A DNA stretch of 61,579 nucleotides, filler included, from Candidatus Woesearchaeota archaeon CG1_02_57_44 (lineage in GTDB: Archaea > Nanobdellota > Nanobdellia > Woesearchaeales > CG1-02-57-44), in NCBI GenBank assembly GCA_001871415.1. It is 5 parts of 5 records of this genome, joined end to end, with 100 filler letters (N's around TTAATTAATTAA, not from the genome) between each part and the next. Parts side by side here need not be neighbours in the genome. Positions count along the whole stretch, not along the records: positions 1 to 28,595 come from MNWW01000037.1; 4 more parts are not named here. One strand, written 5' to 3'. The translations under genes and the position numbers were made by a program. Positions within the stretch are counted from its first letter, which is position 1. The number at the start of each line of letters is the position of its first letter. Under the pieces are notes generated by a model, which worked only from the letters and a program-made list of their open reading frames with translations, was not told the origin of the DNA and searched no databases. Positions 17,768-28,695 of this stretch are shown in pieces.

Positions 17768-18310
17768 TCATGCGTGGTAATCCACAATCTTCCCTAAGCC
17801 ATTCTCCTTCACAAAGGACCGCGCGATCTTATCAGCAGGGCTTGCTGCCAGCACAACCAAGGGGTCATGCAGACTGAGGCCGTAGGTGTCTTTGATGTGC
17901 GGCGCATAGCCAAGATAACTCAGCAGCATCAATTTCAGATTGCCATAAAAACCATTCCCCTCAAACTCAGAGGGGAATCTTATCGACACCTGTCCTGATG
18001 GATACCTGTCACTTTCCGCAAGGATGTAGGTCGCTCCTTTCAGCACCACACTTACAGGGTCCAACCTGCACTGAGTCCCCTGGTCGCCGGTAGCAATCTG
18101 GCTGATATCGGCAAAAAATGGCGCACTCACCCGCCTCACGCAAGCGCAGCAATGCGCGATATCGCCACCCAGAACCTTATCGAGCCCAGGGACCGTCTGC
18201 AGCATCTTACGCATCTCACCCAGATGCCCCTGCTGCAGGTCCAACATGACCTCCAGAACCCTTGGTTGCACGGTCACCAGATGGATCAGGCGGTCGGAAG
18301 CGTATTGCAT
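17768..18310 (-). CDS. hypothetical protein
   Basis: 180-aa ORF with a TATA-like box about 25 nt upstream. Confidence 0.6.
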   Translation of the reverse strand: MQYASDRLIHLVTVQPRVLEVMLDLQQGHLGEMRKMLQTVPGLDKVLGGDIAHCCACVRRVSAPFFADISQIATGDQGTQCRLDPVSVVLKGATYILAESDRYPSGQVSIRFPSEFEGNGFYGNLKLMLLSYLGYAPHIKDTYGLSLHDPLVVLAASPADKIARSFVKENGLGKIVDYHA

Positions 18311-18461
18311 ATGACGGGGCAGATTTCACCGCATTTATATAGTCGCTGCACATTCAGCAGCGTGGAAGAGCATAACCTCAGGCTCGAACCTTTATGTCTT
18401 GCCGAGGAAGCATATCCGAACCATTAGCTTTAAATACCCCTTGCTTGTTCTGGACATCCAT

Positions 18462-18839
18462 ATGGCCAAATCATCTTGGAGAAGCAGCAGAAAAGTGTCT
18501 GGCGGACGCTATCGCCCGCTGCGCGGCAAGCGTCTGATGGAGAAGCAGAACAACTCCCGTCTGACCACGGTCGGCAAGACCAAGAGGATAGTCGTTCGCA
18601 TCCGCGGTGGCACTACCAAACAAGCACTGCTTACTGCTGACTTCGCCAATGTCTATGATCAGAAGGAAAACAAGCACGTCAAGTCCAAGATCAAGAGCGT
18701 CGTCGAGTGCCCTGCCAATCGCAACTATATCAGGCGAAACATCATGACCAAGGGCACGGTCATCGATACCGAGGCAGGCAAGGCGCGCATCACCAGCAGG
18801 CCAGGACAGAATGGCAGTATCGAAGCTGTGCTGCTGTAA
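18462..18839 (+). CDS. rps8e: 30S ribosomal protein S8e
   Basis: SGGRYR, RIRGG, NRNYIRRNIMTKGTVI, ITSRPGQNG. Confidence 0.97.
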   Translation: MAKSSWRSSRKVSGGRYRPLRGKRLMEKQNNSRLTTVGKTKRIVVRIRGGTTKQALLTADFANVYDQKENKHVKSKIKSVVECPANRNYIRRNIMTKGTVIDTEAGKARITSRPGQNGSIEAVLL

Positions 18840-18946
18840 ACCACTATCGCATGTAACTTCTGTAGATGTTGTGAACGATAGCGGGAGGAATCAGTACATG
18901 AGTGTCCGCCGCAATGTTTATATGGCCATACGCGGTCCCAGGATCC

Positions 18947-20569
18947 ATGCAACCGAACACTCTGACGGGCAATCTCGTCAATGTCATCACCGGAGAGATC
19001 TATGGCGCGACCATCACGTTCACGGACACCATCCAGAGTGTCGTTGCGACCGGCAAGAAATATGATACCTTCATAGCCCCGGGATTCATCGACGCGCACA
19101 TCCACGTTGAATCAAGCATGCTCTGCCCCTCGCGCTTCGCCGAGACTGTCGCCCCGCACGGCACGGTGGCGACTGTATCCGACCCTCACGAGATAGCCAA
19201 TGTCCTTGGCATCCCTGGCATCAAGTACATGATCGCCGATGCCGCGAACACTCCTCTGAAGATTCGCTTCACCGCGCCCAGCTGCGTACCTGCCACGCCC
19301 TTTGAGAGCGCTGGCGCGACGCTCGGACCTGAGGAGGTCGCTGAAATACTGGCCCTGCCGGAAGTCGTTGCCCTCGGCGAGTTCATGAATTTTCCCGGCG
19401 TCATCAACAGGGACAAGATGTGCATGGCAAAGATTGACGCCGCCAAGAAAGCAGGCAAACCTATCGACGGGCACGCTCCCCTGGTCACGGGCGATGGTCT
19501 GCAGAAGTATGCAAGCGCAGGCATCACCACAGACCATGAGTGCACCACTGCGGAAGAGGCGAATGAGAAGAGCCGGCTGGGCCTGAAGATACTCATCCGC
19601 GAGGGAAGCAGCGCTAAGAATATGGAAGCGCTCATCGGCATCAAGGCACCCTTCGCCATTGTCAGCGACGACAAGCACCCGGATGATCTGCTCAAAGGCC
19701 ACCTGGACAGCACACTGGCAAAGGCTGTCGCGCTCGGCATGAATCCGGTCGTGGCATTGCAGTGCGTGACCATCAATCCGGCAACGCACTATGGCCTGGA
19801 CACGGGAGTCATCGCGCCTGGCAGGCCCGCGGATCTCGTCGTGCTCAAGGACCTGAAAAATTTTTCCGTGATGGCCACCTATGTGGATGGCATGAAGATA
19901 GCGGAGGACGGTAAGGCGCTCTTCACGGCCGAGCCGCTCCAGACAGAGTCAGGCATGCAGTTCACGATACCAGAGAGAGAAGTGCTGCAGATCGCCTGCA
20001 CCGGCGCAACGGCCCTGGTCAGGACCATCAAGATAATACCCGACCAGATAGTCACGGACGAGGGCGAAGCCATGCTGCCGGTCGTCGACGGTACGCTACG
20101 ACTGAGCAGAGGACAGGATGTGCTGAAGATAGTAGTCGCAGACCGCTACGGCCATGGCAACATCGCGGTCGCGTTCGTCGAGGGCCTGGGCATCAAGGAA
20201 GGGGCCATCGCCAGCACGGTCGCGCATGACAGCCACAACATGATAGTCGCGGGAACCGACGATGAATACATCCTCACCGCCATGGCCGCGTTGGCCGAGA
20301 CCGGCGGCATGGCCGTCGTGACGCCAAACGAGACCACGGTCCTGGAGCTTCCCATCGCGGGGCTCATGACTGACAAGCCGGCGAAGCATGTCGCGGCCCG
20401 CATGGATGAGCTCAACGCGCTGGTGAAAGGTCAGGGATGCCCATTGCATGCGCCGTTCATGACGCTCAGTTTTCTGGCATTGCTCGTCATCCCCAAGCTG
20501 AAACTCTCCGACAAGGGGCTTTTTGACGGCGGCACGTTCTCGTTCGTGGACGTTATCAAGACACATTAA
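18947..20569 (+). CDS. ade: adenine deaminase
   Basis: PGFIDAHIHVESS, DPHEIANV, DGHAP, DHEC, SDD, AHDSHN. Confidence 0.97.
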   Translation: MQPNTLTGNLVNVITGEIYGATITFTDTIQSVVATGKKYDTFIAPGFIDAHIHVESSMLCPSRFAETVAPHGTVATVSDPHEIANVLGIPGIKYMIADAANTPLKIRFTAPSCVPATPFESAGATLGPEEVAEILALPEVVALGEFMNFPGVINRDKMCMAKIDAAKKAGKPIDGHAPLVTGDGLQKYASAGITTDHECTTAEEANEKSRLGLKILIREGSSAKNMEALIGIKAPFAIVSDDKHPDDLLKGHLDSTLAKAVALGMNPVVALQCVTINPATHYGLDTGVIAPGRPADLVVLKDLKNFSVMATYVDGMKIAEDGKALFTAEPLQTESGMQFTIPEREVLQIACTGATALVRTIKIIPDQIVTDEGEAMLPVVDGTLRLSRGQDVLKIVVADRYGHGNIAVAFVEGLGIKEGAIASTVAHDSHNMIVAGTDDEYILTAMAALAETGGMAVVTPNETTVLELPIAGLMTDKPAKHVAARMDELNALVKGQGCPLHAPFMTLSFLALLVIPKLKLSDKGLFDGGTFSFVDVIKTH

Positions 20570-20725
20570 TCCGCAGCACCCAACCGCATGGATGATGTCC
20601 TGCCGGAAAGGATTGCACCATACGCACCTTGAAGAATGACAGGAAGAGCATAATCGCTTGGCGAGATGCCCTCCGGTGCCAAGTCAGTCACAATATTTAT
20701 TAATACCGCGCTCGTCGGCATGCCC

Positions 20726-22045
20726 ATGAGCGTCTTTAAAGCGTACGATGTCCGCGGCGTGTACGGCGAGGACCTGACGGACGATATCGCCTATCGCACG
20801 GCTCGCGCCTTTGCCGCGCAGTTCTCCCCGAAGAAGGTCGCCATCGGCCATGACATGCGCCCGAGCAGCAAGCCGCTGGTGGACGCTGCGATTCGAGGTT
20901 TCATTGACTCGGGGGCCCACGTCCTGGACATCGGCATGTGCACCAGCCCGATGCTCGGCTTTACGGTCGCGTCGATGCAGCTTGACGGCGGCATCATGGT
21001 CACGGCAAGCCACAATCCCAAGCAGTACAATGGCCTGAAGCTGCTCGCCAAGAAGGCGTTGCAGGTGCACAGCGGCTCAGGCATGAAAGAGATCGAGAAG
21101 CTCGCGCTCGCCGGCGGGTGGACTGATGGTCCGAAGGGCAGCGTCGAGAAGATGGACATCATGCTATCGTATCTCAAGCACGTCAAAGCATTTGCCAAGG
21201 ACATCAAAGGCATCAAGATAGTCGTCGACGCCGGCAATGGCATGGGAGGATTCACGGCGCAACCAATGTTCAGTCAATTAGACATCGAGCTCGTGCCGAT
21301 GTATTTCGAGCCAGACGGCAATTTCCCGAACCATGAGGCCAACCCTATCAAACCAGAGACGCTTGCCGAATTGCAGCATCGCGTGGTGGCCCAAGGAGCT
21401 GACCTTGGCATCGCTTTTGACGGCGACGCGGACCGGGCGCGCGTCATCGACGAGAAAGGCAACGCCATATCCAGTGACCTGCTGTTCGCTGCGCTCATGA
21501 CGCATGAGCTGCCCGGCCAACAGGACAGGAAAGTCTACTATGACCTGCGCTTCTCCAAAGCCGTGCCTGAAGCAGTGAAGGCTGCTGGCGGAGAGCCGGT
21601 CATCATGCGCGTGGGCAATCCCTTTTACAAAGAAAAGCTGCAATCCGAAGGCGGCTACTGCGCCGCGGAGCTGTCCGGGCACATCATGTACCGTGACAAT
21701 TACTGCGTCGACGATGGGCTTTTCGCCGTGGTCATGGCGCTCTCCATGCGCTGTCAGACCGGCAAGGCCATGTCAGAGCTGATAGCGCCCTTCACGACGC
21801 ACGTGCAGAGCGAAGAGCTGAATTTTACCGTGAAGGATACCGCTGCGGCGCTTGCGGCATTGCAACATGCATTCACTGACGCTGCCGCCTCATTCCTCGA
21901 TGGCGTGACACTGGAAGGCGACGGCTGGTGGTTCAACGCCAGAGCCAGCAACACCGAGCCATTGCTTCGCGTGCGCGCTGAGGCGGACAACCAGCAACTG
22001 CTGGACAAGACCATCGCGACCGTGCGAAAGACTCTGGAAGAATAG
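20726..22045 (+). CDS. phosphomannomutase/phosphoglucomutase
   Basis: FKAYDVRG, TASHNP, DGDADR, ELSGH, RASNTEP. Confidence 0.96.
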   Translation: MSVFKAYDVRGVYGEDLTDDIAYRTARAFAAQFSPKKVAIGHDMRPSSKPLVDAAIRGFIDSGAHVLDIGMCTSPMLGFTVASMQLDGGIMVTASHNPKQYNGLKLLAKKALQVHSGSGMKEIEKLALAGGWTDGPKGSVEKMDIMLSYLKHVKAFAKDIKGIKIVVDAGNGMGGFTAQPMFSQLDIELVPMYFEPDGNFPNHEANPIKPETLAELQHRVVAQGADLGIAFDGDADRARVIDEKGNAISSDLLFAALMTHELPGQQDRKVYYDLRFSKAVPEAVKAAGGEPVIMRVGNPFYKEKLQSEGGYCAAELSGHIMYRDNYCVDDGLFAVVMALSMRCQTGKAMSELIAPFTTHVQSEELNFTVKDTAAALAALQHAFTDAAASFLDGVTLEGDGWWFNARASNTEPLLRVRAEADNQQLLDKTIATVRKTLEE

Positions 22046-22106
22046 TACCTTAGACAACAGGTCCGACCCTGGCTCAATCGATCCCTGGCGGATACCTGCA
22101 GGCCCG

Positions 22107-22889
22107 CTAGTCACCCGAGCCGTCCCCTGGATCGCGCACATGGCGCCCCAGTTCTGTCGCGAGGTAGCCCATGGCCTCAAGCAGCACGTTTGCCGCAGCG
22201 CCTGTCCCCTCGCTATCATGGAAACAATGCGCCACACTAGGGCCCGCACCTGGCAAGGACCCCAATAACCGATGACCATCGCCATTTATGGATGTCACAT
22301 TGACCGGGCCATTAGCTGGCCTGCGCGGATACATGGACGCACCTGGCCGCGCGAGAGAGAAGCCGATGAGCGGACCCTCCATACAAGTGAAGCCCTCAGG
22401 AAACAGACTAGCAGGGACCATCATCCCAATCGTCTCATAGGCGATGTTCTCCTCCTCGGCGACCATCGTCGCCCCCAATGCATACGGATCCGTCGTGAAC
22501 AAGATGCCTGATGTCATCTTCCCCATGCTTTTCGGTCTCAGTGCCACCTCATAGCGCCACCAGGGATGCTCCGAGCTTCGCGGCGTGCGACGGGTGAAGA
22601 GCGCAGAGGTGTCCGTGTCCATGTCAGGATCAAATTCCATATCCCTGTGATGGCGCGCCTTGCCAGTGATCGACTGTCCACGCACTGTCTTGCGTCTCTG
22701 GCGCAGCCACTCTATCCTTGATTCCTCCAGGACATCCACGCGCGCCTCTAATTCAGCGATACCCTCACCGGGGTCGAACAGGCCGTCTATCTGATGTGTC
22801 ACGCCGTACTCAAAGAACCACCGCCGCGGTTGCAGGACAACGCCTTCACTTTGCAGAAGATAGTCCAGATAGGTCTCCAGCTCGGGCAT
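22107..22889 (-). CDS. hypothetical protein
   Basis: 260-aa ORF with a TATA-like box upstream; no motif. Confidence 0.6.
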   Translation of the reverse strand: MPELETYLDYLLQSEGVVLQPRRWFFEYGVTHQIDGLFDPGEGIAELEARVDVLEESRIEWLRQRRKTVRGQSITGKARHHRDMEFDPDMDTDTSALFTRRTPRSSEHPWWRYEVALRPKSMGKMTSGILFTTDPYALGATMVAEEENIAYETIGMMVPASLFPEGFTCMEGPLIGFSLARPGASMYPRRPANGPVNVTSINGDGHRLLGSLPGAGPSVAHCFHDSEGTGAAANVLLEAMGYLATELGRHVRDPGDGSGD

Positions 22890-23161
22890 GCTGCCCTTGG
22901 GAAGCGCGCTGACTTAAATAGTTACCTTCAAGTGACAGTGGCATATACCCCATAGGTGCAGAGAAGCGACACCACCAGACAATGCAGCCACCTATACACG
23001 CGATTCGCTCAACAGAATCCTACCAATGCAGCTTTTCGTCGGGAATAGCAGTGTCACGGAGCCCTGCATGGCAACGCAATCTTTATAAAGAAACCGGGCT
23101 TCCATCAGGCCAGAGAGAAGAAGAGGCGAGGAGTTCTTCGCTTTTTCCTGCAGGTGATTGC

Positions 23162-23482
23162 TTGAAGCGTATGATACCAAGCCTGCGACAGAAAAAACGA
23201 TATATCGTATTTGAAGTCAGCCCAGAGGGCTTTAGCGCTGAACAGGTGCACCGTTGCGTGCAGCAGTCAAGCAACGCGCTCTTTGGCAGCATCGGCACGG
23301 CAAAAATGGAGCCGCGACTGGTTGCAGAACGATACGCGCAGGGCAAAGGCATCATCGCAATCAACCACCCCTACGCACAGGAAGGCATACTTCTTCTTTC
23401 AAGCATCAAGGACATCGCTGGACAGCCAGCATCGGTACACACACTCAAGACGAGCGGCACTATCAAAGCAGCGGAGAGGTAA
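23162..23482 (+). CDS. rnp2: RNase P protein Pop5/Rpp14
   Basis: PSLRQKKRYIVFEV...LFG..G...TSGTIK; SD GGTGA before TTG; precedes psmA. Confidence 0.9.
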   Translation: MKRMIPSLRQKKRYIVFEVSPEGFSAEQVHRCVQQSSNALFGSIGTAKMEPRLVAERYAQGKGIIAINHPYAQEGILLLSSIKDIAGQPASVHTLKTSGTIKAAER

Positions 23483-23487
23483 GCACC

Positions 23488-24231
23488 ATGGCAAAAGGAG
23501 AAGCACTACAACCCATGAACCATCAGATGATGGGCTATGACAGAACGATCACCATGTTTTCGCCTGACGGACGGCTGTTGCAGGTCGAATACGCCAAGAA
23601 GACCGTGCGCCAGGGCAGCACCGCAATAGGCATCGCCTGCAAAGACGGTGTCGTGCTGCTCACAGACAAGCGTATCGTGGACAAGCTCGTTGTCCCCAGC
23701 AGTGTCGAGAAGATATTCCAGATCGACGATCATATCGGCGCGACCGCGGCGGGCATCCTTTCTGACGCTCGCGTGCTGGTCGAGCGCGCGCAGGTCAAGG
23801 CCCAGCAGCATCGCATGCTCTATGACACGGCCATCGACACGCTCAGCATTGTACGCGATATCTGCGATCTCAAGCAGATCTGCACGCAGAGCGGTGGGCT
23901 TCGTCCGTTTGGCGTCTCCATCCTGGTAGCTGGCATTGACAATGGCACTATCGCGCTCTACGAGACAGATCCAACAGGTATCTACTTCAGGTACCTCGCG
24001 ACCGTCATCGGCGAGGGCGAGCAGGTCATTGAGGAGATCCTGCACAAGGAATACACTGAGGAGATGACCGTAGAGGACGGCCTGAAGCTGGCCATCAAAT
24101 GCCTCACCGCATTCCTAGGCAAGGATCTGAAAGCCGAGCGCATCGACGCGGCCATCATCATGGCGTCAGACAAGAAATTCTCCAAGGTCCACCGCACGAC
24201 CATCGAGAAACTCGTCAAGGGAAAGAAGTAA
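23488..24231 (+). CDS. psmA: proteasome alpha subunit
   Basis: GYDRTITMFSPDGRLLQVEYA, RPFGVS, ETDPTG. Confidence 0.98.
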   Translation: MAKGEALQPMNHQMMGYDRTITMFSPDGRLLQVEYAKKTVRQGSTAIGIACKDGVVLLTDKRIVDKLVVPSSVEKIFQIDDHIGATAAGILSDARVLVERAQVKAQQHRMLYDTAIDTLSIVRDICDLKQICTQSGGLRPFGVSILVAGIDNGTIALYETDPTGIYFRYLATVIGEGEQVIEEILHKEYTEEMTVEDGLKLAIKCLTAFLGKDLKAERIDAAIIMASDKKFSKVHRTTIEKLVKGKK

Positions 24232-24312
24232 TGGATAACAAGAAAGTGAGAGACAATAACGTCAAGCGCCCCTCCGGAACAGGCGCGCTTGACACAACAG
24301 GTGCATAAGACA

Positions 24313-25002
24313 ATGGTCAATGTCGACAAAAGCGTCATAGCGCGCTACCACCGTGGACATAAGGGTATTGAGGTGCTCGTTGACTGTGAGAAAGCAATAG
24401 AGCTTCGCCAGGGAAAAGATATCGCCATGGAAGATGTGCTCGCGTTTCCTGACGTGTTCACGGACAGCAGCCGCGGCCTGAAGGCCTCAGACAGCGACCT
24501 TCAGGAATTGCTCGGCACGAATGATCGCATGGAGGCTGCGCGACGCATCATCAAGGAAGGCGAAGTGCAGCTCACGACCGAGCATCGCAAGCACCTGCGC
24601 GAGGAGAAGCACAAGCAGTTGCTGGAGTTGCTGCATCGCAATTATATAGACCCGCGCACCAACGCTCCGCATCCCTTCACGCGCCTGGAAAATGCCATGG
24701 CTGAAGCGCGGCTGCATCTGGATGAGTTCAAGAGCGTTGAAGACCAGCTGGACGCAGTCGTCAAGAAGCTGCAGCCCATAATCCCCCTCAAGTTTGAGCG
24801 CAAGCACCTGAGCGTGCGCATCCCGGCGCAGTACGCTGCCAAGTGCTTTTCCACCCTGCGCGGGCACGGCAGCGTCAAGGAGGAATGGCAGAACGATGGC
24901 AGCCTCATCGCAGAGCTTGAATTGCCTGCGGGCATTGTCGATGATTTCCTGGACAAGCTCAACCATCAGACGCATGGCGACATCGACGTGAAGATGAAAT
25001 AA
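24313..25002 (+). CDS. ribosome maturation factor SBDS/Sdo1
   Basis: IIKEGEVQLTTEHR, IDPRTNAPHP, EEWQNDGS. Confidence 0.96.
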   Translation: MVNVDKSVIARYHRGHKGIEVLVDCEKAIELRQGKDIAMEDVLAFPDVFTDSSRGLKASDSDLQELLGTNDRMEAARRIIKEGEVQLTTEHRKHLREEKHKQLLELLHRNYIDPRTNAPHPFTRLENAMAEARLHLDEFKSVEDQLDAVVKKLQPIIPLKFERKHLSVRIPAQYAAKCFSTLRGHGSVKEEWQNDGSLIAELELPAGIVDDFLDKLNHQTHGDIDVKMK

Positions 25003-25225
25003 TAGAAATTGAGATAATAGAATAAGAACAAGACAAGAGAACGTGAATATCAATGAACAGCACATCGTACGCAGCAAGCATGCAGACAGAAATCAGATTA
25101 AGGCGACAGATAATATCTGAAACCATACCATTTGCAACAACGCAAACGCAGAGGCCAGGACACATGCCTGGCGGTATGCCACATACAACAATGCCGCAGC
25201 AGATACTGCGGCACAGGTGATACAC

Positions 25226-25975
25226 ATGGGAGAACAACTATTGGCGAACAAGGCCATCGCCGTGCCTGGCGAAGAGATCGCCCGAGGCATGGATTTTGTG
25301 CCCGCAGCAGGAACGTACCGCGACAAAGAGAGCATCCTTGCCGCTCGGCTCGGACTGGTCAGCACGGACAACAGGCTCATCAAGCTCATCCCGCTTTCCG
25401 GCAGGTACCTGCCAAAGCGCGGCGACATGATCATAGGCCAGGTCATTGACGTTCAGCTTTCCGGTTGGCGCATTGAACTTAACAGCGCCTACACCGCGCT
25501 GCTCAGCATGAAGGAAGGCACCAGCGAGTACATCGAGAAAGGCGCGGACCTTCGCAAGTACTTTGACCTTGGCGACTGGATAGGCACCAAGATAATCAAC
25601 GTGACCACGCAGAGGCTCGTCGACGTGTCCATGCGCGGACCGGGACTGCACAAGCTGTCCGGTGGGCGCATCATCAAGGTGAACCCAAGCAAGGTGCCCC
25701 GCATCATCGGCAAGCAGGGCAGCATGATAGGCATGATAAAGAACGCCACGAACACGAAAGTGGTCGTCGGCCAGAACGGTGTCATCTGGGTATCGGGCAA
25801 GCCCGGGGACGAGATCCGCGTGCTGGACGTCATCCGCAAGATAGAGCGCGAGAGCCACAAATCAGGACTGACCGATGTCATCAAGACATACCTCGGAGCC
25901 CCTGATGCCGTGGGCGATGGCAATTACGAACAGATGGACGATCAGAATGAAGACACAGGTGAACATCATGAGTAA
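25226..25975 (+). CDS. rrp4: exosome RNA-binding subunit Rrp4
   Basis: VPGEEI, YLPKRGDMIIG (S1 domain), KVPRIIGKQGSM (KH domain), GQNGVIW. Confidence 0.97.
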   Translation: MGEQLLANKAIAVPGEEIARGMDFVPAAGTYRDKESILAARLGLVSTDNRLIKLIPLSGRYLPKRGDMIIGQVIDVQLSGWRIELNSAYTALLSMKEGTSEYIEKGADLRKYFDLGDWIGTKIINVTTQRLVDVSMRGPGLHKLSGGRIIKVNPSKVPRIIGKQGSMIGMIKNATNTKVVVGQNGVIWVSGKPGDEIRVLDVIRKIERESHKSGLTDVIKTYLGAPDAVGDGNYEQMDDQNEDTGEHHE

Positions 25976-26678
25976 GTACCAACGCACAGACGGGCGCGAC
26001 GCGGACGGCATACGCCCCATGGAAGCCAAGGTCGGTGTGATCCCCCAGGCTGACGGCTCTGCCATGTTCAAGATAGGCAATACCATCGCATACGCAGCGG
26101 TGTATGGACCAAGGGAATTGTACCCAAGATTCCTACAGAATCCTGAAACAGGCATTCTGCGCTGCAACTACAACATGATGCCCTTCTCCGGCGCAGGCGA
26201 CAGGGTCAGGCCCGGAGCCAATCGACGCAGCAAGGAGATATCCATGGTCACCGAGAACGCATTGCGACCGGTCATCGACCTGCATGATTGCCCCAACGCT
26301 GTCGTGGACGTCTTTATTGAGCTTCCGCAGACTGACGCTGGCAGCAGATGCGCGGGCATCACGGCAGCGGCCATGGCGCTCGCGGACGCGGGCATCGCCA
26401 TGCGCGACATGGTCTCAGCAATAGCGGTCGGCCGGATAGGCGATGGCAGCTATGTTGATCTCAGCTACGAAGAAGAGGCGCTAGAAGACTATCCGGTCGC
26501 AGACATCCCCATGGCGTTCGTTAACCGCACGGGCGAAGTCACCTTGCTGCAGATGGATGGCGAGGTGCAGACCGAAGGCATCATGGACGCGCTGGCCAAA
26601 GGCAGGGAAGCCTGCAAGCGGATACATGCGCTCCAGACACAAGCGCTCAAGAACAAATTTCAGGGTGATACCCAATGA
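25968..26678 (+). CDS. rrp41: exosome subunit Rrp41
   Basis: RTDGR, ADGSA, VYGPRE, RRSKEIS, DAGSR, LLQMDG. Confidence 0.97.
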   Translation: MSKYQRTDGRDADGIRPMEAKVGVIPQADGSAMFKIGNTIAYAAVYGPRELYPRFLQNPETGILRCNYNMMPFSGAGDRVRPGANRRSKEISMVTENALRPVIDLHDCPNAVVDVFIELPQTDAGSRCAGITAAAMALADAGIAMRDMVSAIAVGRIGDGSYVDLSYEEEALEDYPVADIPMAFVNRTGEVTLLQMDGEVQTEGIMDALAKGREACKRIHALQTQALKNKFQGDTQ

Positions 26679-27460
26679 ATTCAGAACGAAAAATGCACCT
26701 ACTTGACTACTTCAAGGAAGGCTTTCGGCCAGACGGACGCAAGCTCGATGAATTCAGGCCCATCACCATCGAAGCAGGGACTATCAAGACCGCTGAAGGC
26801 AGCGCCATAGTCACTATTGGCGGCACAAGGGTCATCGTAGGCGTCAAGATGCAGGTCGAGAAGCCCTACTCGGACAGGCCCAATGAAGGAACCATGATGG
26901 TCGGCGCAGAGCTGTACCCCATGGCAAGCCCAAAGTTTGAAAGCGGTCCGCCAAACGCGCAGAGCATCGAGATTGCCCGCGTCATCGACCGGGGCCTTCG
27001 CGAGAGCAAAGCCATCGACACCAAGGGTCTGTGCCTGATACCCGGCGAGAAATGCTGGTCTGTCATCATGGACGTCTGCGCAATGAATGAAGAAGGAAAC
27101 CTCCTGGACGCGGGCAGCATCGCGGCCCTGGCGGCCCTCAACACCACCATATTCCCTGGTTTTGACGGCACCATCGTCGACTACAAGCACCCCAGCGACA
27201 GGAAGCTTGAGCTCAAGAAACAGCCCATCGCCATCACGGTCGTGAAGATAGCCAACTACCTGCTGGTCGATCCGACCAATGAGGAAGAACAAGCGATGGA
27301 CGCCAGGTTGACGGTCACGACCACTGCTGAAGGTACTATCTGCAGCCTGCAGAAAGGCGGCGAAGCGAGCCTCTTGCCTGAGGAGATTCAAGCCATGCTG
27401 GAGCTTGCAAAGACCAAGGCAAAGGAGATTCGCGGGAGTCTCTCGGGCAAAGGTTTATAA
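26675..27460 (+). CDS. rrp42: exosome subunit Rrp42
   Basis: [47 protein letters not shown]. Confidence 0.97.
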   Translation: MNSERKMHLLDYFKEGFRPDGRKLDEFRPITIEAGTIKTAEGSAIVTIGGTRVIVGVKMQVEKPYSDRPNEGTMMVGAELYPMASPKFESGPPNAQSIEIARVIDRGLRESKAIDTKGLCLIPGEKCWSVIMDVCAMNEEGNLLDAGSIAALAALNTTIFPGFDGTIVDYKHPSDRKLELKKQPIAITVVKIANYLLVDPTNEEEQAMDARLTVTTTAEGTICSLQKGGEASLLPEEIQAMLELAKTKAKEIRGSLSGKGL

Positions 27461-27485
27461 AATGACCAAAGCATCCGGGGGTCCT

Positions 27486-27728
27486 ATGGATCTCACCAAG
27501 TATGAGAAGGCCCGGATTATCGGCGCGAGAAGCCTGCAGCTGTCCATGGGCGCTCCGCCATTGGTCAAGATGGGACCTGCGGATCTTGAGAAGCTAGGCT
27601 ATGACCCGTTGCGTATCGCAGAACTGGAGTTCTCCAAGGACGTGATACCGATAACGGTCAGACGCTCGCTGCCAAAGGTCCTCAATGACCTCCGAAAGAC
27701 CACAGACAAGCCCCTGGTCAATTTTTGA
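27486..27728 (+). CDS. rpoK: RNA polymerase subunit Rpo6 (K)
   Basis: [22 protein letters not shown]...IPITVRR. Confidence 0.95.
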   Translation: MDLTKYEKARIIGARSLQLSMGAPPLVKMGPADLEKLGYDPLRIAELEFSKDVIPITVRRSLPKVLNDLRKTTDKPLVNF

Positions 27729-27909
27729 ATTCCACGTCGTCAGCCAGGACCGTGCGCCTGCCAGCATGGCGGGCCAATTGCGCTGCCTGACGCGCTTTTC
27801 TTCTCATCTCTGATTCAAGGTAGTACTGGAGCTTCTCTGCCGCGCCTTTGCTAGCCCGTAGGCCCGATTCCTGGAGCAGCTGCTTACAGAACGACAGAGA
27901 GATGGGCAT
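27718..27909 (-). CDS. archaeal histone-fold protein
   Basis: 63 aa; R-A-S in L1, [15 protein letters not shown]-terminal signature. Confidence 0.85.
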   Translation of the reverse strand: MPISLSFCKQLLQESGLRASKGAAEKLQYYLESEMRRKARQAAQLARHAGRRTVLADDVEFKN

Positions 27910-27969
27910 GAGGATGATGGGCGGGAATGGAGAATAAAAAGGTTTGGATACGAGAGACTGCGCGCGCGG

Positions 27970-28595
27970 TCAGCGCTTGCTGACACCCTTAACACGCATG
28001 TACCTCTTTCGCTCCGATTCGCTCAGCCGCTCAATCGCATAGCGAAGCATGGTGCGCGGCATGACCGTCGCGTGCTTATCCAGGAAGCTGGTGAGGACGC
28101 GCATATCGCGCTTGCCCGCCTCGCGCAGCATCCAGCCGACGGCCTTGTGCATCAGGTCATGCTTGTCTTCGAGAAGCATCTCTGCTATCGCTATCGTGTC
28201 CTGGCACTGGCCCGCGCGGATGAACGCGTGCGTGGCCACTATGGCGATGCGACGGTCCCAGAGCAAAGAGGACTTCGCTCGCTCGTAGAGGATGCTCCTG
28301 TGCTGCTTTGACTGCGTGAGCAGCCACTGACCCAAGAGGTTTGGTGCTGACAGGTCGACCAGGTCCCAGTTGTTGATGCGCTGCGTATTGCGCAGGTAGA
28401 AGTCGACTATGGCTTTTCGCTCTTCTGGCTGGCCTTTGGGGAAGCGCAGACAGCAGATGAGCAGCGCGGTCAGGCGATGCTCATGGACAGGACTATGCAG
28501 CAGGGTCTCGCACTCTCTCAAGGCGAGGTATTGGAATCGCTTCGCCACCTTTCGCTGCACGGGGACGATGACTCCCAGGAAGACATCGCCCTCAC
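27970..28595 (-). CDS. DNA alkylation repair protein, AlkD-like (5' cut by contig end)
   Basis: EGDVFLGV, INNWDLVD, WDRR, HKAVGWMLRE, MPRTMLRYAIE. Confidence 0.92.
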
Positions 28596-28695
28596 NNNNN
28601 NNNNNNNNNNNNNNNNNNNNNNNNNNNNNNNNNNNNNNNTTAATTAATTAANNNNNNNNNNNNNNNNNNNNNNNNNNNNNNNNNNNNNNNNNNNN
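28596..28695. other. artificial contig linker
   Basis: N44-TTAATTAATTAA-N44. Confidence 0.99.

Noticed and set aside
28596..28695. TTAATTAATTAA motif repeated four times in the window
   Set aside because: Artificial stop-codon linker inside N runs; ORFs crossing it are artefacts
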